The notes under the pieces are model-generated. The model had not been told where the DNA came from and did not search any database. It saw only the letters and a program-made list of their open reading frames with translations. Shown here piece after piece: positions 57,382 to 64,000 of a DNA stretch of 64,000 nucleotides. A program made the position numbers and the translations under genes. Positions within the stretch are counted from its first letter, which is position 1, and each line of letters starts with the position of its first letter. Origin of the DNA: Camelus ferus (taxonomy: Eukaryota); contig NC_045704.1 of NCBI RefSeq assembly GCF_009834535.1, positions 17,112,001-17,176,000 on the forward strand. The letters run 5' to 3'.

Positions 57382-57951
57382 CTGAGGTGGGGAAGAAGGA
57401 GCAGACAGTTATCCTTTGCCTTTTAGTCCCCTCACCCCCAAGAGTAGGAAGTTGGTGTGAGATGCTACATTAGAAACTGAACACTGTCACTTTAGGTCTA
57501 GGGTTGCAAACTCAAGTGCCAAAGGCAGGTTGGTCATTGAGGGACTCACCAGAGAGCCAGGCCCCACAGAACAGGGGGCAGCTGGAACTCAGCTCCAGCT
57601 AACAGTACTGCCCTGAGGAGAGGCAGGCCCACTGCTGCCCAGTCTGATTTTCTTCAAGCGAAACAGGAAATCTGGATTTGTACATAAAATGGCCCCAATT
57701 TTTAAATGTGAGCAACATATTTAACTTTGTTTGTGTAAGCCAAACATACGTCTTTCGTTTTCCAGTTTGCATTTAAACACAAATAGAGGCCAATAATGCC
57801 TTATAAAGGTGGCCATTCACATGTAAAATAACGCTTTCTGTCAGAATGTCAACAATTTTCGAATACCTGCAGGAAACTGAGGGGCTTTGAGAACAGGCCT
57901 GCCCCACCCCCCGCCCCCACACTGAGAAATGGCAGATGGTCCGAGACTTAC

Positions 57952-58044
57952 CTTGTGAGGATGGAGTGAGGGAGGCAGTGCCCGCTGGGGACCTCAAGTG
58001 AGGAGGGATGAGAATGGCGTTGAGAGATGGTTGGATGGTGAGTT
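57952..58044 (-). CDS. GSK3A: GSK3A exon 10 (93 nt; ELTIQPSLNAILIPPHLRSPAGTASLTPSSQ)
   Basis: ctctag|AA ... CAAG|gtaagt. Confidence 0.98.
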
Positions 58045-58380
58045 CTAGAGACAGGAATGGACATGCCCAGTCAGGGGGCAGGGCTTCTGGAGGCCCAGAT
58101 GAGGTTAGAAAGGGACACCAAATAGGGACCCAGCTCTGGGCAAGGCCAGTTGTTTGTGGACACATGTAGCCACTGAATGCTTTAAATGAAAACCTACAAA
58201 GAGCCTAGCACAGATCGCAGAGCGAAGCAGGTTCGGGTCTCCCTGAATCAGGAGGCCTTTCCTGAGTCCCAGGCCTGCTTTGTAGCCCACCCTCAGCTCC
58301 CCACTCCTGTCTTCAACACCAAGCTTTTCACAATCTTTGGCTGCCCCTCCAACTCCCAGGATCCCAGGCTGTGCCCTCAC

Positions 58381-58567
58381 CGCCAGGACTGAAATTGAAG
58401 AGAGGAGGAAGCGGGCGGTTGTTGGGGAGCTGGGTTCCGGGACTTCGCAGTTCATCAAAGAAGCTGTGGGCGCAGGCTTCCAGCGGGGAGAGCCTTGAGG
58501 ACGGTGTGTACTCCAGCAGGCTAGAGCAGAGCGCAATGGCCTCGGGTGGCGTTCGGGATTTGAAAAC
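58381..58567 (-). CDS. GSK3A: GSK3A exon 9 (187 nt; [22 protein letters not shown]...PLFNFSPG)
   Basis: ccccaag|GT ... GGCG|gtgagg. Confidence 0.98.
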
Positions 58568-58987
58568 CTTGGGGTGTGGGGGGACAGAGGTCACGAGGGT
58601 GAGACGTCCTGTGCAGTGGTGTACCTGTACCTTTCTTCTGCAGTGCCTGCAGCAAACGTGACTGCCCGCCTCCCACAAACCCACTTCCCCTATGAGGAAA
58701 CTGAGGCACAACCACTCAAGGGAGGTCAGTTTGTGTCAGTGAGCAACTCGCTCACTCATAGGGCTCAGGCCCTATGACTGGGCCCTGCTGTGAGCCTGTT
58801 TCCCCACCAGAAAAATGAGACTCTTGAATCTACTGTGGGTCCTCAATTTTTAGAGTATGGGAAATTCCATGAACTTTGAAAGGTACCGACCCGCTACTGA
58901 GCCATGACTCTGTAGCCAGGTCCTGAGACCAGTTGGCCTCCAATAGGGACCTCAGTCATGCTGCCTGAGCCCCTACCCCTGCCCCAC

Positions 58988-59083
58988 CTTTGTCCAGGGG
59001 TGAGCTTTAATCTGGGGGAACTTGAACTCCGTGTAATTGGGGTTCATTTCTCGGATCTGTTCTCGGGTTGGTGTTCCCAGCAC
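58988..59083 (-). CDS. GSK3A: GSK3A exon 8 (96 nt; [32 protein letters not shown])
   Basis: ttacag|GT ... AAAG|gtgggg. Confidence 0.98.
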
Positions 59084-59161
59084 CTGTAATGAAAGGGAGG
59101 GGTCTGAGCCAAGGCCCTTAGCCCTTAGCCACGTCCCTGACCACCCTGGCCCTGCCCTCAC

Positions 59162-59259
59162 CTTGATGATCTCCACCAGCTGGTCTACTCCACTATCCCC
59201 AGGGAAGATGGGCTGGCCCAGGAGGAGCTCGGCCAGTACACAGCCAGCTGACCACACAT
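59162..59259 (-). CDS. GSK3A: GSK3A exon 7 (98 nt; [33 protein letters not shown])
   Basis: cttcag|AT ... CAAG|gtgagg. Confidence 0.98.
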
Positions 59260-60205
59260 CTGAAGAGGAATGGAGGAGAGTCAGAGTTACCATGCCTATC
59301 TGCTTACAGACGTTTCTATCCTTCATGGTCATCCTGAGGTGCCAGGGAGCCCCATTTTCTCCGCTCAGAGAGGACATGCCTTGCTCAAGGTCACATATAG
59401 CTTAGGAACATAGGACCTGACCTGGAACCTGGAGGTCTGCCTGACTGTGCTGCACTCTCCAATCTAGATGATTCCATTGTCTCTGTCCACTCTGTGACCC
59501 CAATAAGCCTTTTCTCTGCTTCTAACCTCAGAGGACAGATCCACAGGCCTAGAACAGGTGCCTGTGTTCCTTGGGACCTAGGAAGGTAAAGCATTAAGAC
59601 CTGGGCTGCCTTACTCATTTCTGGCCTCTATCCCACCCTCAGAAACAGCTGCAGCCCAGTAGTCACCCCTCCCTGGTCTGTACCTTGACCCCACAGCACA
59701 AGTTCACACCTAGGGAGTGAGGTTTCCTTGAAGTACCGATGAATGTTCTTTTCCAAACCCTTTCACACCCTCTCTTCAGGCCTGGAAGTTGGCACTGTCA
59801 TCCCCAGCAACAGGGAAGGGCACAGGCCCTGTGAGCAGGTCACACCCCTCATGGTGGCAAAGCCTCACCTCCCGATTCCCTGAAGGTCACTGGCAGCCCC
59901 TCCTCCTGACTGAGAAGAGAGTGCTGACTGGGAGGTTCCAGAGCTGGTATGGACTCTGGAGTCAGGTCAGCTTTCAGAGCCCAGCCCTGCCCAGTCCCAG
60001 CAGTTTAATTGTGGGCAGGTGGCCTCACCACTCTAAGCCTTAGACTGCTCAACTGTAAAACGCATGTACAACAGCATCACCTTCCTAAATATGTGAGGAC
60101 TGGATAAAAGAACAGATGTGGAGCTTTTATCCCAGACCCTGGCAGACATACACAGAAAGAACTCAAAAACTGCCATGACTCCCATTCCCACCCCAACCTC
60201 CCTCA

Positions 60206-60373
<168 letters not shown>

Positions 60374-60414
60374 TCACCCCCTCGGCCACCCAGCACACCC
60401 CAGGTCAGGCCTAC

Positions 60415-60545
60415 CTGCCAAAATCGCAGAGCTTGAGGACAGCTGTGTCGGGGTCCACCAGCAGGTTCTGGGGCTTGATGTCGCGGTGACACACACCCTG
60501 GGAGTGGATGTAGGCCAAGCTCCGGAAGAGCTGGTACATGTACAC
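60415..60545 (-). CDS. GSK3A: GSK3A exon 5 (131 nt; [43 protein letters not shown])
   Basis: ctccag|GT ... GCAG|gtaggc; catalytic HRD and DFG motifs. Confidence 0.99.
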
Positions 60546-60669
60546 CTGGAGCAGGCAGGGGACAGCACAACTCCAGCCCAGCTCTCCCACACAGCATGCC
60601 ACCGCTCCACCATCTCAGCCTGAAGAGCCCTTCCAGGCCCACTCTCCCTGAATGGAAAACGCTTCTGCT

Positions 60670-60832
60670 GCCTCTTGGTTCTCACTTTAGTGAGCACCAG
60701 AATCACTGGGAGGCCTTGTCAAAACAGGGGCTGCTGGGCCCCACTCCCAGAGTTTCTGATCAGTGGTTCTCAAGGCATTTGCGACAAGCTTCCTAGTGCT
60801 GGTGCTGTTCCATACTTGGGAAACCACTGCTT
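60670..60832 (+). mobile_element. MER5A-type hAT DNA transposon (MITE)
   Basis: gtgagcaccagaatcactgggaggccttgtcaaaacag..gctgggccccactcccagagtttctgat..acaagcttcctagtgctg..gggaaaccactgc. Confidence 0.85.
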
Positions 60833-62148
60833 CAATCACACATTTCAGCAGAGGCCTGATGAATAAGACAAATACTTCAGGGAGGCCATTTTAAAGCAGG
60901 CTAGGGAGCCAGGCACTCAGCTTCCCCCTCACCAAAACCACTGGCTACAGGAAGGGCTCAGCCTCTTTCATCCGTCAGTCAAAACCATTCACGCGCCAGC
61001 CCTCCTCCGGCTGGGTTTTCCTGCCACTCTCCTTCCTACTGACTAGGATGGAAGTGCCAAAAGAGCAGGGATCTTTGTGTTTCCATCGCTGGCGCATCCC
61101 CCAGGGCCTTGACCAGTAGCTGGCACATAATAACTGCTCAGGCCTGCTTCCTGGGCCCCCTCTTCCTCTGTTCTCACTGCCCTTGGCAAGAGAATTCACT
61201 TTCTTGCCCTGTGCCTGGTCTCCTTCCAGAAGCATTCCTGGATCCTTCTCACCCACAAAGCAGGCAGGGCTGGGGGCCACCTCTGTTTCCAGAATTCCCT
61301 GTGATCCTTCTAGTATGGCAGTACTTTTATAGTTCTTGTGATACCTGTCTATCCTGCTAAACTGAGAACTCTTTAGGAGCAAGACCTGGGTCTCAGTCAA
61401 CTGGGCCTCTGGAACTGCTCAGTGTTGGGCCTGATACCCAGACAGCCACAGGACATATTCAACAAACCAGACAAGACCCTCCCAGGAGGTAAGGTCCCAC
61501 AGCACCAACTACTGGGAGAGTCCCATGGCTCACCTAGGCCTGGGATGCTTAAAGCCAGCAGGAGGAAGAACCGGGCACAGGCAACCTCCAGCAATGCACC
61601 CTCCTTCTCCCAGTGCAGCTGGCAGCTCCAGCCTCTGTTCTCCACAGCATCCCTAGGCTCATTCACTCATTAGTTTACTTAAACACTTCCGTAGGGGTAG
61701 TAATATACAGGGCACAGCACCAGGCACTGGGGAATGAGCCTGCACAGGTGACAAATGAAGACTCATGCTTTCCTGGCTATGTGGACACTAACTTCCCTCC
61801 AATCCTGCCTCCTTCCCACCCTCCTCAGCCAAGGCTCCAGAGGCCGGGACTAACCTCAGCATCGCCACCCACCCCCCACCCCGCATTCTCAGTCCCTATC
61901 TCAATTCTGAGCTAACTCCATCAGCACCACTGGTGCCACTGGGCTTTCAGGTACCTTGCAGCCTCCCCAGTCCCTGGTTGAGCCCCTGGCCTCTAGTTGG
62001 GCTGCCTTGCGTTTCGCGAGCTTCATCTCTGGGGTATAGAGACAAGGGCAGGGACCATGAGGCCTCCAGAGACCAACGTAAACTTGGAGATGAGGGTACC
62101 CACAGAGGCAGTAGGGCCTGGACTCCAGCAGCCTGCCTGCCTGCCTAC

Positions 62149-62259
62149 CTTGACGTAGATGATAGGGATGGTCAGCTTGGCCTTGGTAAAATGACGGGCC
62201 ACCCGGTACACTGTCTCAGGCACATATTCCAGCACCAGATTTAGATAAAGCTCATCTTT
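62149..62259 (-). CDS. GSK3A: GSK3A exon 4 (111 nt; [37 protein letters not shown])
   Basis: ttgcag|AA ... CAAG|gtaggc. Confidence 0.99.
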
Positions 62260-62415
62260 CTGCAAAGGAGGGGTGTGAGGTATTGTGAGAAAAGAGCAAG
62301 CAAGGAGGGAGAGGTTTGTGGGGAAAAATAGGGGAAGGGACTGAGTCATGAGAAAGGCAGGCAGGCAAACAAATGGAGTCAAGGTGGAGGACTTCCCTAC
62401 ACACCGAGCTCTCAC

Positions 62416-62499
62416 CTTCTCCCCACTGGAGTAGAAAAAGTATCTCAGCCTCACGATATTGCAGTGGTCCAGCTTACGCATAATCTGCAGCTCTCGGTT
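62416..62499 (-). CDS. GSK3A: GSK3A exon 3 (84 nt; [28 protein letters not shown])
   Basis: ccccaag|AA ... GAAG|gtgaga. Confidence 0.99.
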
Positions 62500-63519
62500 C
62501 TTGGGGGCAAAGGGAAAGAGCTTCAGAAAACAACCAACTCTCCCTGCCTCCCCCCCCAGCACCCCTCACCACAGCCCTGCTCACTGTTCCTGCCAACAGA
62601 GCCAAGCAGCCACTCCCTGTGTCCCAGATCCAAGGCCCCCTGGGGCAGCCCCCAATTCCTCACCCCCAACCCACTCCCCTCACACAGAAGCTGGAGGCCT
62701 CTGGGCTAACCTAGACCACTTGTATGTGCTTTCTTCAGCCTACTTTTAAAAAGTGTTTGATTTTTTGCTGACATTTGGAAATCAAATGACTTCACGTGTA
62801 AATCTAAGCTTTCCAGCTTCTCTTGAAAAATTAGATGATGTGGCCACATGAGGCCCATCTCCCTGCATGGCACATGCAACAGCAGACAGATAGTGGCCAT
62901 CCAGTTTACACTGGTCCCCACACCTCCCTATTGCTTTCACTGGAGGCATCTGGACCCTTGGACTCTGGCTTGAATCCTGAGTCCCAGTCTCCAGGCTTCT
63001 AATCCTCATCTTCCCAAAGGGGATCAGCCTCAACCTCTTCCAGAAGACCTAGCCTCAGCATTCTACCCTATGCTCTGTTCCCCTCAGGGGCCTCAGAATT
63101 CCCTATAGTTAGATCCCACTCACTTCTGGGACTTAACTATATTCAAATTCTGACCAGCATCCTGGAGCTTCTCCTGCCCCTGAGAGTTCTCACTGCTGAG
63201 CCCCAGGCTCTGACCTAGATCCCTTCAGCCCAGTTCTCCTACATCCAGACTAGCCTAGGATGCAGACTTCCAGTCCTTCAAACACCGATTATCCATCAGC
63301 TTCCACCTCTGCTATCTTCTTCCATTTCCCTGGGCCTCTGCTAGTTCACAGGGCACCTCTATATGAATGAGGAAAGGGGGACAGAGCCCCATACCAAAGC
63401 ACATGCAGCATAGTCAGGATTTCACCCTGCCCTTGCCAAACCCCTGGGGCAGAGCTTGACCTTCGAAAATACTCATCAGGCCCATCAGCCTCCTTTCTCC
63501 TCTGGGCAGGGTGTAACTT

Positions 63520-63685
63520 AGTGATTAAGATGAAGGGCCTGGGAATCAGATTCTCGTCTTGACCTTGGGCAATTCTTTTATCTGAGTCTCAGTTTCCAGT
63601 TTCTGCTTACTTAGAATGGGAATGACTACAGTACCTATCCTCAGAGAATCTTTGTGTAAGTTAAACTTGCCTATAAAGCAGTTAC
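63520..63685 (+). mobile_element. MIR SINE
   Basis: gaccttgggcaattcttttatctgagtctcagtttccagtttctgcttacttagaatgggaatgactacagtacctatcctcagag. Confidence 0.75.
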
Positions 63686-63880
63686 AAAGAACAAAAGTGC
63701 AATAAAAGTCAGCTTTGGGCTCTCCTGGAATACACATTCCCATCTTTCACACAACTCACTCCCTTCTTCTCTGGCCCATGTTCAGATCCCCTGTAGAAGC
63801 CCAAGTCCAGCACTCCTGCTGGAGTTCTCTCACCAGTTATGTGCAGTCAAACCTCCTTGTACCTGTTCCCCACAAGCTAC

Positions 63881-64000
63881 CTTGAACCTCTTGTCCTGGA
63901 GAACCTTCTTGATGGCCACCAATTCCCTGGTGTCTGCCAGTCGTGCCTGGTACACGACCCCAAATGAGCCATTGCCAATCACTTTGATGTCTGTGTAAGC
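63881..64000 (-). CDS. GSK3A: GSK3A exon 2, 3' part ([40 protein letters not shown]); truncated by the window edge, exon 1 lies outside
   Basis: Gly-rich loop GNGSFG and the VAIK lysine; donor CAAG|gtagct. Confidence 0.99.

Noticed and set aside
58568-58615. acaggacgtctcacc in GSK3A intron 8 resembles my recollection of the GSK3B exon 8b (GSK3beta2) insert acaggacatttcacc
   Set aside because: Only a ~15-nt match to a sequence recalled from memory. It coincides with the branch-point region of exon 9, and the nearest upstream AG would add 41 nt (out of frame). Most likely chance; an alignment to GSK3B 8b would settle it.

Overview
Mammalian genomic DNA, probably camelid: two tRNA-Ala-derived SINEs resemble the Vic-1 type. 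The gene order matches human 19q13.2 (POU2F2 - DEDD2 - ZNF526 - GSK3A). Three protein-coding genes are directly supported. DEDD2 is complete on the minus strand: 4 coding exons, 981 nt, 326 aa. ZNF526 is on the plus strand with a single 674-aa coding exon and shares a head-to-head promoter region with DEDD2. GSK3A exons 2 (partial) to 11 are on the minus strand, all with GT-AG boundaries and consistent phase. Positions 1 to about 33 kb hold no recognisable coding exon. By synteny (inference) they are the long 5' regulatory and first-intron region of POU2F2 (Oct-2), with CpG islands, candidate non-coding first exons, CTCF motifs, simple-sequence blocks and many old MIR/L2/L1M/MLT1/MER relics. 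Four N-gaps lie in GC-rich or simple-repeat sequence. I see no evidence of a new multi-gene system. The most unusual signal is a ~250-bp, ~99%-identical inverted duplication (29.2 kb / 30.2-30.5 kb) anchored in two ancient, oppositely oriented MIRs. Also notable are a perfect-Kozak uORF plus an overlapping uORF in the putative ZNF526 leader, a ladder of candidate POU2F2 first exons, and two stop-free 3n GSK3A introns. Repeat family names and human comparisons come from recall, not from searches, and repeat coordinates are approximate.
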